Source: an uncultured bacterium (lineage in GTDB: Bacteria > Zixibacteria > MSB-5A5 > JAABVY01 > JAHJOQ01). From it: DNA of 64,000 bases. Both the position numbers and the translations under genes were made by a program. The stretch lies in NCBI GenBank assembly GCA_965369655.1, contig CBDUQR010000004.1, positions 7,951-71,950 on the forward strand, in the 5' to 3' direction. Under the pieces are notes generated by a model, which saw only the letters and a list, made by a program, of their open reading frames with translations, did no database searches and was not told the DNA's origin. Positions 37,423 through 47,287 of this stretch are shown here, piece after piece. Position 1 is the stretch's first letter, and the number at the start of each line of letters is the position of its first letter.

Positions 37423-39210
37423 CTAACGCAGCATCAGCACTCCGTAGCTGTTCGGGTTGTAGTCAATCGGCGTCTGCCAGTCGGCGGCGGTTTTGAGCCT
37501 CGCCTGCTTGCGGCGGAAATTGATGCCCCACTTCATGCCCGACTCGGTCTTCGCTTTCAGGTGCATGAGCGGGATGGCCGCTTCGATAGACCAGAATGAA
37601 TCGCCGTGGTGCGTTTTGATCGCATATTCGCTGTCCCAGTGCGGGTCGTAGTCGGTGTACCCATCGTATCCGACTTCGAGCTTCTGGTCGAACACATGTC
37701 CGAGAGGGTTGATGTAGACCTGGTACGCGATACCCTGATCGATGTCGGGCTGGATGAAGTACCCTACGCAGTCATCGGCGTAGACCGCTCCGTCGTGACG
37801 CTGAACTTTGGCAGCAAGCGAATCCATCACAGACTCCTCACAGTATGCCGCGAGATAGAGGTAGTTGCTGTCGTAGGCGAAATAGAATTTCACCGGTTCG
37901 GTCTGCATCTCGCCGCCGCCGGGATAGAAAAACACAGTCTCAGGATCGCTCCAGATATCTTCGGTTATGTGTCCGTCGATAGTGATAGACTTAGCGCCAT
38001 AATAGCAGTTGGCGACACGAGCCACGCGAATCTGTCGCTGGACCTCGCAGGTCTTGCCGTCGGCGTATGGATACCTCGTGTCGAGTCGCGGGAGAGGATA
38101 CAGATCGCCGCTGTTCATGCATGAAAAACTCAGAATCTTCTCGGCTCCGGCGTCGATTGAATATGGCAGCATTGCAGGTTCGACAGTCCAGTTGTCCGGA
38201 CAATCCCATCGGATTGTGTCTTCGATGGGAACGTTGTCGTTTAGGTTCGCAATGCGAATCTCGATCTGTTGTTCGGTCGGTTTAAGATCATCGCCTATTG
38301 GTAACGCATTGTCGACATTCGCTCCCTTGAACTGAATCTGATTGATGAACTTGAGTTCCGCGACTGTCAGATCATCCCAGGATCGCGCGCCTTCGAGAGT
38401 TATCGGAGTGATGTTCAATTCGTCAGCCGTGACAGTCACCCACGCGAAGTGATAGTGCATTCCGGTCGGGCTGATCTCTGCCGCGCCACCCGAGCTGCCG
38501 ATGTTGGTGTAGGTGATCCCGTCGAATTCGCCGCTGAAATACCTGTGGAAATGCCCAGAGAATACAGCCTCGACGCCGTATTTGACGAACAGGCTGTGAA
38601 GAGTATCGGGCTTGCCCTCCGCAACAGTGTCGAACCAGAACGGCTTGTGCATGAAGACAAATATGTGGTTCGCACTGCTGTTGCGAGCAAGGTCACTGTT
38701 CAGACGCGCAAGCTGCTCCGACGAGAAATCCTCCGTAGTGTTGTAGCAGCTATTGTCCAGAATGATAATATGCAGATCCTTGAAGTCAAACGAATGGAAC
38801 GGCCTGCCTACATGATTGATGTAGAACTGACGGCTCATATCGCTCCAGATGTCGTGGTTGCCGGGAGTGAAATACAGAGGCATCGACAATGGGGCAACAA
38901 TCGAGTCATATTCGCGCAATTCTGCGATCATTATGGTCGTGTCATCGACATACCCTTCTACCTGGTCTCCGACTGTGATTGCGAAATCGGGCTTCATCCG
39001 CTCGATTCGCTCGATGATCCTGCCATAGATACCGGGCACATGGCCGCCGGTGCGGTCGCCGATTATGGCAAACCTGATGATATCGCCGGTCGTATCCTCA
39101 TCAGCATGCAAGTCTGCTAAGCCCATACTGATTAAGACTAAGGCCACCAGACAAATGAAAGAAATGATCCGTTTCATATCTGCTCTCCCTGCAAAAACGT
39201 TAAATCTCAT
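37423..39210 (-). CDS. secreted calcineurin-like metallophosphoesterase with C-terminal CBM9-like carbohydrate-binding domain
   Basis: GDRTGG, VGDQVEG, GNHD, GHFH motifs; C-terminal DOMON/CBM9-like region (FYFAYDSNYLYLAAY...WSIEAAIPL). The ATG at 39210 overlaps the stop of the SSS gene (ATGA); an alternative start is MKRIISF at 39177. Confidence 0.75.
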   Translation of the reverse strand: MRFNVFAGRADMKRIISFICLVALVLISMGLADLHADEDTTGDIIRFAIIGDRTGGHVPGIYGRIIERIERMKPDFAITVGDQVEGYVDDTTIMIAELREYDSIVAPLSMPLYFTPGNHDIWSDMSRQFYINHVGRPFHSFDFKDLHIIILDNSCYNTTEDFSSEQLARLNSDLARNSSANHIFVFMHKPFWFDTVAEGKPDTLHSLFVKYGVEAVFSGHFHRYFSGEFDGITYTNIGSSGGAAEISPTGMHYHFAWVTVTADELNITPITLEGARSWDDLTVAELKFINQIQFKGANVDNALPIGDDLKPTEQQIEIRIANLNDNVPIEDTIRWDCPDNWTVEPAMLPYSIDAGAEKILSFSCMNSGDLYPLPRLDTRYPYADGKTCEVQRQIRVARVANCYYGAKSITIDGHITEDIWSDPETVFFYPGGGEMQTEPVKFYFAYDSNYLYLAAYCEESVMDSLAAKVQRHDGAVYADDCVGYFIQPDIDQGIAYQVYINPLGHVFDQKLEVGYDGYTDYDPHWDSEYAIKTHHGDSFWSIEAAIPLMHLKAKTESGMKWGINFRRKQARLKTAADWQTPIDYNPNSYGVLMLR

Positions 39211-40604
39211 TTCAGGTTATCGAAGAATGGTTGTAGCTGTGATGCCTCGGGTTTGCGTGTCACGAGGCTCACTACCACCAGACAGAATAGCGAAATCCCG
39301 AGCGCGGGATAAACAGTTGGGACGTCCCACGGTTGACTGAGTATCTCCCAGAGGAGCGTCACGATCATGCCTGATCCCATCGAGCATACGCCACCTGCGG
39401 CTGTGGCTCGTTTCCAGAAAAACGCTGCCATGACGACCGGCGTGATCCCGACGCCGTACATAGTGTATGCGTAGATCGCCATCTCCAGTACTTTCTCGAA
39501 GAATGTCACCTGCACGAATGCGAACAGTCCGAGCGCCACCACCACGATGCGCGAGTAGACGAGTATCCGTTTCTGTGATGCTTGCGGGTTGATGAATCGC
39601 TGGTAGATGTCGCGTATGAGATTCGTCGATGGTACGAGCAGAAACGAGTCAGCGGTCGAGACGATCACGGCGACTATCGCCGCAAGGCAGAGGCATCCGA
39701 TTGCGACCGGAAGCGCGTCTCTGACGGAATAGAGAATCACCATCTCGGAATTGATGTCCGTGAACATCGACCTGCCGATGATCGCTATGACAACGATCAG
39801 CGTCTCGATTATAATCGTACCAGCGAGCCATCCCAACACGGATCGCTTCGCCGCCTTTTCGTCTTTTGCGGAGAAAAACCGCTGATACATTCCCGACTCA
39901 CCGAGCAGCAGAAGCATGGTCGGCAGCGAGTAGCCGAGAGCTTCGAGCAGCGACATCTCGCCGAGCACCTGCAGATGCATGTCCGGGAGTCGGTCTGCAA
40001 TCGAACTGATACCGCCCGCATCGGAGATCAGGAACGGTAGCGCTATGAAAAGTCCGATTGTCATGATGATACCATTCACGACATCAGTGTAGACAACTGA
40101 TATCAGCCCTGCCAGCACTGTGTATCCGATCACGAAAACGGCTGTGATGATAATCCCTGTCTCGACCGGAATGCCGGTGATAAGATTCAGCACCATGCCG
40201 CCTGCGCGGAACTGGTATGATACGATTGCGGTGTATGCGACGACAGTGACTATCGTGCCGAGAAGGCGTGCGTGTTTGTTGTAACGAAGTTCGAGAAGGT
40301 CCGGGACTGTGTATTGCGCGAGTTTGCGCGCGCGGCCTGCTATCAGGTAGAGTACGATAAGCGCGACCCAGACGCCTGCGTCGAACCAGAGCGCGGGGAA
40401 TCCCTTGTCGTACGCGAGACCTGCACTCGCGATGATCGATCCGGAGCCGATCCAGGTGGCGAGAAGTGTACCGACGAGAACTTTCGCCGAGAGGTTCCGC
40501 CCCGCGACCATGAAGTCATCCTGTGTCCTGACGCGCCTGCTCCGCCAGGCTCCGACGAGGATGAGAATCGCAAGATATGAGATGATTACCCAGAAATAGG
40601 TCAT
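39207..40604 (-). CDS. sodium:solute symporter family (SSS) transporter
   Basis: 465 aa, 12-13 TM helices, SSS N-terminal motif (MVAGRNLSAKVLVGTLLATWIGSGS). Confidence 0.85.
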   Translation of the reverse strand: MTYFWVIISYLAILILVGAWRSRRVRTQDDFMVAGRNLSAKVLVGTLLATWIGSGSIIASAGLAYDKGFPALWFDAGVWVALIVLYLIAGRARKLAQYTVPDLLELRYNKHARLLGTIVTVVAYTAIVSYQFRAGGMVLNLITGIPVETGIIITAVFVIGYTVLAGLISVVYTDVVNGIIMTIGLFIALPFLISDAGGISSIADRLPDMHLQVLGEMSLLEALGYSLPTMLLLLGESGMYQRFFSAKDEKAAKRSVLGWLAGTIIIETLIVVIAIIGRSMFTDINSEMVILYSVRDALPVAIGCLCLAAIVAVIVSTADSFLLVPSTNLIRDIYQRFINPQASQKRILVYSRIVVVALGLFAFVQVTFFEKVLEMAIYAYTMYGVGITPVVMAAFFWKRATAAGGVCSMGSGMIVTLLWEILSQPWDVPTVYPALGISLFCLVVVSLVTRKPEASQLQPFFDNLK

Positions 40605-40680
40605 ACGCAGACATATAATGCGGATATGTCTGTTTTGTCAATCGGCTTGTCACGTGAGACTTCGCTGGAACGCGTCAGAA

Positions 40681-41430
40681 TCAGCGGACACATCCCGGCA
40701 ATGGGGCTGGCCCATTTCCAAAGATGAACTCAATCAGATATACGACGTCGTCAATATCTATCCCACAGCTCTGATCTGTATCACCGCTGTTCAAGTCCCA
40801 GGGCGGACATCCACCCGCAAAGATATAATTGATCAGGTAGACTACATCGTCAATGTCAACTGAGGATGATGCGTCCACATCACCAGGTATCACCATGATG
40901 GTGTCAGGAGCAACGAACTGCGTGTCAAGCTCCTGATATGTTGGAGCCCATCCATTATACATGCTAAAGAATTCAAAGCCTGTTGGGTTACCAACTATAG
41001 AGCCACCGAATGTCATTGACAATGAGTCTTTCATTTCGCATTCAAATATAAGTTTTGCGAGGATACCGTCAAAAGGTGTAAGACAGCCAAATAACCCTGC
41101 GCCTATGCCGGCATAACAATGTTGGTCTGACTCGTCAATATCGAAAAACACAGTGAATTCACTGTCAGGACCGCTCGGATAGAATAGGATTGTGTCAAGC
41201 CGGTTCGAACCTGTCCATGTAAACTCAAAATGAACTATTTGTGCCCAATCGTCCGAAAAGACGCGAAGGGGGATCAAACGTTTCAGGTTCTGACTGCAGC
41301 CGTCAGGTTGGTATTCCGGCTCGAGGAAGTAGGCAGAATCCGGCACTCCCCAATCCTGCGCCATGACTGGCATCACTACACAAGTCAATGCCAGTGCGAC
41401 AACTATACACAGAAGTAATAATGTTCTCAT
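40681..41430 (-). CDS. secreted dockerin-tagged protein, paralog A of a 4-gene tandem family
   Basis: Start at MRTLLLLCIVVAL (ATG 41430, GGAGG 8 nt upstream); C-terminus GDVDASSSVDIDDVVYLINYIFAGG...GDTDQSCGIDIDDVVYLIEFIFGNGPAP. Confidence 0.7.
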   Translation of the reverse strand: MRTLLLLCIVVALALTCVVMPVMAQDWGVPDSAYFLEPEYQPDGCSQNLKRLIPLRVFSDDWAQIVHFEFTWTGSNRLDTILFYPSGPDSEFTVFFDIDESDQHCYAGIGAGLFGCLTPFDGILAKLIFECEMKDSLSMTFGGSIVGNPTGFEFFSMYNGWAPTYQELDTQFVAPDTIMVIPGDVDASSSVDIDDVVYLINYIFAGGCPPWDLNSGDTDQSCGIDIDDVVYLIEFIFGNGPAPLPGCVR

Positions 41431-41465
41431 TAAGACACCTCCAACGAACACTGAACTGAGTAAAT

Positions 41466-42203
41466 TCAACGGACACATCCCGGCAACGGTGCTGGTCCGC
41501 CTCCAAAGATGAACTCTATCAGATATACAACGTCGTCAATATCTATCCCGCAGCTCTGATCTGTATCACCGCTGTTCAAGTCCCAGGGTGGGCATCCACC
41601 TGCGAAAATGTACATGATCAAGTAAACAACGTCATCGATATCAACATCATCGAGCCCGTTCGCATTACCGGAAGAAACCATTATAGTATCAGGAGTGATA
41701 AACATCGTATCGAGATGACAGTATCCGGGTTCCCATTCTGTCCAATCCGTCAAAATGAAACCATTCGACACGCGATTCAGCCAAAGAGTGTCACCCAAAC
41801 CAGTTCGAAATACCAATTCTGCTATGATGCCCTGACTCGGAGGAAAGGAAGGGGGGTCAACTCTTGCTATCCCACCATAGAAATATCTGTCATCGTTGTC
41901 GATATTAGCTACCTGTGTGAATGGAGTGTCGGGAAAAGGTGGGTAGAACAACACGGTGTCGAGCAGATCAGATCCCTCCCACGTGAATTCAAGTTGCATC
42001 AACCAAGTATGCTCGTCTGCAAAAAGATGGAGCGGCATAATTCGTTTGATATCCCCGCTGCATCCATCCGGTTCATATCGTGGCTCCAGGAAATAGACCG
42101 AGTCAGGTATGCCAGGATCTATGCCATCCAGTGCATAAACTGGCCTTACTGCACCAGTCAATGCCAATGCCACAACCGCACACAGAAGTAATGACGTTCT
42201 CAT
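41466..42203 (-). CDS. secreted dockerin-tagged protein, paralog B
   Basis: Start at MRTSLLLCAVVAL (ATG 42203, GGAGGTG 5 nt upstream); same architecture, more divergent middle. Confidence 0.7.
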   Translation of the reverse strand: MRTSLLLCAVVALALTGAVRPVYALDGIDPGIPDSVYFLEPRYEPDGCSGDIKRIMPLHLFADEHTWLMQLEFTWEGSDLLDTVLFYPPFPDTPFTQVANIDNDDRYFYGGIARVDPPSFPPSQGIIAELVFRTGLGDTLWLNRVSNGFILTDWTEWEPGYCHLDTMFITPDTIMVSSGNANGLDDVDIDDVVYLIMYIFAGGCPPWDLNSGDTDQSCGIDIDDVVYLIEFIFGGGPAPLPGCVR

Positions 42204-42237
42204 TCGACACCTCCTGCAGATATGAAATGGCTCACAT

Positions 42238-42981
42238 TTAGCGAACACATCCCGGTAACGGAGCAGGTCCGCCTCCAAAGATATACGTTATCAGATATAC
42301 AACATCGTCAATATCTATCCCGCAGCTGGCATCGACATCGCCACTGTTCAGATCCCACGGAGGGCATCCACCTGCAAAGATGTACATAAGAAGATATACC
42401 ACATCATCGATATCCACGTCGGTTGAAGCGTCAGCGTCACCTGCAGAAATCAGGATGGTGTCAGGAGCAACGAACTGCGTGTCAAGCTCCTGATATGTTG
42501 GAGCCCATCCATTATACATGCTAAAGAATTCAAAGCCTGTTGGGTTACCAACTATAGAGCCACCGAATGTCATTGACAATGAGTCTTTCATTTCGCATTC
42601 AAATATAAGTTTTGCGAGGATACCGTCAAAAGGTGTAAGACAGCCAAATAACCCTGCGCCTATGCCGGCATAACAATGTTGGTCTGACTCGTCAATATCG
42701 AAAAACACAGTGAATTCACTGTCAGGACCGCTCGGATAGAATAGGATTGTGTCAAGCCGATTCGAACCCGTCCATGTAAACTCAAAATGAACTGCTTGTG
42801 CGCAATCGTCCGAAAAGACGCGAAGGGGGATCAAACGTTTCAGGTTCTGACTGCAACCGTCAGGTTCGTATCTGGGCTCAAGGAAATAGACAGAATCTGG
42901 CTCTCCCCAGTCCTGCGCCCTTGCAGGCATTGCTACACTAGTCAATGCCACAACTAAACTAAGAAGTAAAGACATTCTCAT
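42238..42981 (-). CDS. secreted dockerin-tagged protein, paralog A-prime
   Basis: Start at MRMSLLLSLVVAL (42981, GGAGG upstream); the central ~480 bp is near-identical to paralog A. Confidence 0.7.
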   Translation of the reverse strand: MRMSLLLSLVVALTSVAMPARAQDWGEPDSVYFLEPRYEPDGCSQNLKRLIPLRVFSDDCAQAVHFEFTWTGSNRLDTILFYPSGPDSEFTVFFDIDESDQHCYAGIGAGLFGCLTPFDGILAKLIFECEMKDSLSMTFGGSIVGNPTGFEFFSMYNGWAPTYQELDTQFVAPDTILISAGDADASTDVDIDDVVYLLMYIFAGGCPPWDLNSGDVDASCGIDIDDVVYLITYIFGGGPAPLPGCVR

Positions 42982-43015
42982 TCGACACCTCCCGTGAACA
43001 CGAAACGGATCAAGT

Positions 43016-43741
43016 TCATCGGACACATCCTGGCAACGGGGCTTGTCCACTTCCAAAGATGAACTCAATCAAATAAACGACATCATCAATGTCTATCCCA
43101 CAGCTGGCATCGACATCCCCACTATTTTGATCCCAAGGAGAACATCCACCTGCAAATATATAATTGAGCAAGTAGACAACGTCATCGATATCCACTTCGG
43201 TTGAAGCGTCCGCATCACCCGGCGGGACTGGCCCTAGCTCTGGTGTTACGAATGTCGAATCGAGATTTAGATAGCTCGGTGTCCAAGGTCCCGATCCTGC
43301 ATTTAGTGTGAATTGGAGAGGATCAAAAACTACCGATAATTGATGGCCAATATCAGAGTGAAAAACCAGGTTCGCCAATACACCGCTGTGCGGCGGGAAG
43401 TATGGATTGATAGTGCGATACAGTTCGACGAAACACCATCTTGCAGTTGTGTCAACTTCAAAGTTGGTCATGAATTGGATTTCTGGGAAGGGCGGATAAA
43501 ATAGGATTGTATCTAGTTGATCTTCACCCTGCCACGAAAACTCAAAATATATCCAGTACGACTCTTGATCGGTGAATAGATAAACAGGAATAGTGCGACG
43601 GACAGATTGATTACACCCGTCCAGTTGATAGTATGGCTCTAGGAAGTACGCTGAATCAGGGACCACTATATCCTGCGCACTGATCGGCATCACTGCACCT
43701 GTCAATGCCACAACTATGCACAGAAATAATGACGTTCTCAT
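43016..43741 (-). CDS. secreted dockerin-tagged protein, paralog C
   Basis: Start at MRTSLFLCIVVAL (43741, GGAGG upstream); dockerin-like C-terminus. Confidence 0.7.
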   Translation of the reverse strand: MRTSLFLCIVVALTGAVMPISAQDIVVPDSAYFLEPYYQLDGCNQSVRRTIPVYLFTDQESYWIYFEFSWQGEDQLDTILFYPPFPEIQFMTNFEVDTTARWCFVELYRTINPYFPPHSGVLANLVFHSDIGHQLSVVFDPLQFTLNAGSGPWTPSYLNLDSTFVTPELGPVPPGDADASTEVDIDDVVYLLNYIFAGGCSPWDQNSGDVDASCGIDIDDVVYLIEFIFGSGQAPLPGCVR

Positions 43742-43894
43742 TTGACGCCTCCTGCGGCTTTATCTTCCAGATTTCTTCGGTCTGTCAGTTGCTCTAACTA
43801 CGAGTTGTCAAGCAGAACCTCTAAATACTATATAACGGAAGTGGATGAATCTGTCAAGAATGAAAATGAAATAATGGAAGCAGTCCCTGCGTGC

Positions 43895-43965
43895 ACAGAT
43901 GACTCGTCATTCCTGCGAAGGCCCTTCGCTATGCTCAGGATACGACAGGAATCCAGAACCAGATT
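43895..43965. repeat. REP-like nested hairpin (gtcattcctgcgaagg..cccttcgctatgctcaggat..caggaatc)
   Basis: The gtcattcc..ggaatc module encloses a cccttcg..ctcagga module. Confidence 0.5.
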
Positions 43966-44167
43966 CAGAATGTGTTGATGTCACAAACTTGAAATACTCG
44001 TCTGGACCCCTGCCTGCGTAGGGGTGACGGTGCGCTGCGTCTACGGCGGTAACGAGAGGGATTGTCATGATACTACATATTGTGAGCGGCACAAGTCCAG
44101 AATTTGATTTACAAATCGTCCCATCATCGATAGACTTCTGATACTATCCAACAGGAAAGGATCTGTC

Positions 44168-46192
44168 ATGAAATTCACGGTAATAGTTTTCTTGTTTATT
44201 CTCTGTATCACATTCATGTCCGCCAATGCCGAGAGGATCACATTCGATGATCTGTACAGCATTCCGAAAGCGCATGATCCGCAGATTTCGCCTGACGGCG
44301 ATCTAATTGCATTTGTCCTGACAATCAAAGACCCGGTTGCCGGTGAATCCTCCAGCCATATCTGGTTGATGGATTCTGATGGCACTAACATGCGACAGCT
44401 TACCAACGGCGAGAATGGTGAATCGTCGCCGCGATGGTCGCCGGATGGTAAATCGATTGCTTTTGTCGCGAACCGAGGCGATGGCAGCCAGCTTTTCATT
44501 ATCGCTGTCGATGGCGGCGAGGCGCGGCAGGTGACATCGCTTTCGACTGAAGCATCAGAGCCTGACTGGTCGCCTGATGGAAACATACTCGCGTTTTCGT
44601 CGCGAGTATTCCCGGATTGCCAGAGCGATAGCTGTAACCGCTCGAGACTCGATGAGCGCGAAAGCGCAGACGTCAAAGCAAGGGTGTACGAGCACCTGAT
44701 GTTTAGGCATTACAAATACTGGTTTGACGGTATGACCGAACGTGTTTTCCTGTGCGACATCGAGAATGATGTCAGCAGGCAGTTGACATTCACTCATGAC
44801 AGCGCGCCGATCTCATCGATTGGCGGTCACGAAGGATTCGTGTTCTCTCCTGATGGCTCTGAAATTTGCTATGAGACTAATACCGATTCGATCCCAACGC
44901 TATCGACCAACAGCAATCTCTTTCTCATACCAGCATCTGGAGGTGAGCCGGTAAGGATCACATCGAATCAGGGTGCTGATATGTATCCGCAGTATTCGCC
45001 CGACGGCAGGTACATCTCATACCTGTCGATGGCTCGCGCGGGATACGAATCGGATCAGACCGATCTCATTCTGTACGACAGATCGAGCGGAGAGCGTCGC
45101 AATCTGACGGAAGGATTCGACCGATCTGTCTGGAGATACTCCTGGCACCCCGACTCGAAATCGATTTGTTTCCTCGCAATCGAGCATGGTTTTGAATATG
45201 TGTGGCGGCTCGATATCGAATCAGGAACTGTCGAGAAACTGCTCGGCGATGCAGTGTATGGCGATCTGTCGATGTCGCCGGATGGAAAGTACATTGTCGT
45301 CAGCAGATCGCTCTCGGATGAACCGTATGAGCTGTATCGATTCGATCTAGAATCGAAAAAGTTGTCGCAGCTTACACGCTTCACGGACGACATCACTGAC
45401 AAACTTGAAATGAATCGCGCAACTGAGTTCTGGTTTGCTGGATTCAATGGTGATTCGGTACATGGCTTTCTAACACTGCCGCCTGATTTCGACCACAGTG
45501 AGCAATACCCGCTCGTGCTCCTGATTCACGGCGGCCCGCAGTGGTGCTGGCTTGGGCATTTCAATTACTACGGTTGGAACACGCAGTTGATGGCCGCGCA
45601 GGACTACATCGTGGCGCAAATTGATCCGCACGGCAGCGCCGGATACGGTCTGGCATTCAAAGAATACATCTCAGGCAACTGGGGCAGGGGCGACTACGAG
45701 GACCTGATGTTGGGTATCGATTACCTGATCGACAACATCCCATACATCGATACTACTCGAATGGCTGCGCTCGGCAGATCATACGGTGGATTCATGGCGA
45801 ACTGGATCTGCGGGCATTCCGACAGGTTCAAGTGTCTCGTAACGATAGATGGGACATTCAATCATGTCGCCGAATATGGCACCACCGACGAACTCTGGTT
45901 TGTCGAATGGGAATTCAAGGGGACACCGTGGACGAACCGCGAGGAGTTCGTCAGGTCGTCGCCATCGAGCTATGTTGAGAACTTCAAGACGCCGACACTT
46001 GTGATTCATGGCGAACTGGATTATCGTGTCGATCCGAGCGAGGCATTCCAGATGTTCACATCGTTACAACGCATGGGTGTGTCATCGCAGTTGATCTACT
46101 ATCCCGACGAAGGTCATTCGATTCATAAACTGCAAAATCTCAGGCATGTGTATGAGAAGCAATTGGAGTGGCTGGAGAGATGGTTGAAGTAA
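44168..46192 (+). CDS. S9-family serine peptidase (prolyl oligopeptidase / acylaminoacyl-peptidase type) with N-terminal beta-propeller
   Basis: Signal peptide; repeated SPDG propeller blades; catalytic GRSYGGFM, later D and H (PDEGHSI). Confidence 0.85.
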   Translation: MKFTVIVFLFILCITFMSANAERITFDDLYSIPKAHDPQISPDGDLIAFVLTIKDPVAGESSSHIWLMDSDGTNMRQLTNGENGESSPRWSPDGKSIAFVANRGDGSQLFIIAVDGGEARQVTSLSTEASEPDWSPDGNILAFSSRVFPDCQSDSCNRSRLDERESADVKARVYEHLMFRHYKYWFDGMTERVFLCDIENDVSRQLTFTHDSAPISSIGGHEGFVFSPDGSEICYETNTDSIPTLSTNSNLFLIPASGGEPVRITSNQGADMYPQYSPDGRYISYLSMARAGYESDQTDLILYDRSSGERRNLTEGFDRSVWRYSWHPDSKSICFLAIEHGFEYVWRLDIESGTVEKLLGDAVYGDLSMSPDGKYIVVSRSLSDEPYELYRFDLESKKLSQLTRFTDDITDKLEMNRATEFWFAGFNGDSVHGFLTLPPDFDHSEQYPLVLLIHGGPQWCWLGHFNYYGWNTQLMAAQDYIVAQIDPHGSAGYGLAFKEYISGNWGRGDYEDLMLGIDYLIDNIPYIDTTRMAALGRSYGGFMANWICGHSDRFKCLVTIDGTFNHVAEYGTTDELWFVEWEFKGTPWTNREEFVRSSPSSYVENFKTPTLVIHGELDYRVDPSEAFQMFTSLQRMGVSSQLIYYPDEGHSIHKLQNLRHVYEKQLEWLERWLK

Positions 46193-46219
46193 AGGATCGG
46201 AAATTGGGGAGGACTCACA

Positions 46220-46954
46220 ATGATTGATATCATTCAACTTGTACTGACTTGGATTACATGCTTGGCGTTGATCGCTACGTTGATATTTGTGGTCAAGTAT
46301 ACGATTCAGACAAAGAAGCTGGCTGGATTCACGGCAAAGGAGTTCAAGAAGAGGATATCGCCTGTCGTGTGTGCCTACATAGGTTTACCAGAACTTCCAA
46401 AGAAATACGAGCATGGCTTGCCAATTAACCACTGCAGCGAAGATGGTTACGACATACTGGTAAAAGTGAAAAACACATCCGACAACCATGCTCTCGCAAG
46501 TGTGAAGATTGAGTTTGAATTTGCAGGTGAAACAATGAAACCACAGGCTGATGTTTACAGAGAAGGAAAGGAAATCTTCGTGCCAGCCAAGGAAACCTTT
46601 CATGGCAACTTCTCGTTTGACGAAACGTTCAAGGGACTATCCAAGAACAAGAAGGAAATTTTAGACGACCGGATTGAGGGAAGTAAGAGTGATGCCGCCT
46701 TTGGGTTTGGACTCTTGTGTTCAGACAAGTACATAGAATTTGACCTTGATAGAAGAACTGGGGTCAAGCTGAGCGAGCTACTTCTGAGCGATTCTGGGCT
46801 CAAGATTCGTTTTGATGTACAGTATCGTAGGTGGCCAGCAGCAGAGGATGACGAGATTCATAAGCTGCCCCAACAAATATACACGATGCGAATCAAACGA
46901 AACTTACCGCTGTGGCGACTGACTTGTATTCCGGATGGTCCGGTTCTCCCTTGA
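46220..46954 (+). CDS. hypothetical membrane-anchored protein, 244 aa
   Basis: Strong SD (ggggagga) then ATG; N-terminal TM (LVLTWITCLALIATLIFVV); AT-rich; no recognised domain. Confidence 0.5.
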   Translation: MIDIIQLVLTWITCLALIATLIFVVKYTIQTKKLAGFTAKEFKKRISPVVCAYIGLPELPKKYEHGLPINHCSEDGYDILVKVKNTSDNHALASVKIEFEFAGETMKPQADVYREGKEIFVPAKETFHGNFSFDETFKGLSKNKKEILDDRIEGSKSDAAFGFGLLCSDKYIEFDLDRRTGVKLSELLLSDSGLKIRFDVQYRRWPAAEDDEIHKLPQQIYTMRIKRNLPLWRLTCIPDGPVLP

Positions 46955-47029
46955 CCGGTAGCTACCACGCACGGTACATTCAAAGTTGTCCTTAGAGACC
47001 GAAAACAGAATCCAGTAAGGAGGGGACCT

Positions 47030-47287
47030 ATGAAGTTACGTCTACCATCAGAACGTGTCTTGGAGATCTACAAGTGCTTTATCATGACACTACTGCTTGT
47101 AGTGTTTGTCTTTATGGCCTATCAAACAACATTCTTGCTCAGACCACACAGTGTCTGCGGCAAGATTCCAGTCGTCCGAATTGTTGGTGGGCAAATCGAT
47201 GTCGATGCTGATGTTTCGACATATAGCACGATCGATGTTGAAGTGACCAACACAGTTAGCGTGGAGGGACACCTTTATGGACCGTAG
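47030..47287 (+). CDS. hypothetical small membrane protein, 85 aa
   Basis: Strong SD (aaggaggg) then ATG; one TM (FIMTLLLVVFVFMAYQTTFLL). Confidence 0.4.
   Translation: MKLRLPSERVLEIYKCFIMTLLLVVFVFMAYQTTFLLRPHSVCGKIPVVRIVGGQIDVDADVSTYSTIDVEVTNTVSVEGHLYGP

Noticed and set aside
41195-41215. tRNA T-arm-like ggttcgaacc strings (also at 42761)
   Set aside because: They sit inside the coding sequence of the dockerin paralogs, with no acceptor or anticodon stem context. No tRNA was found anywhere in the window.
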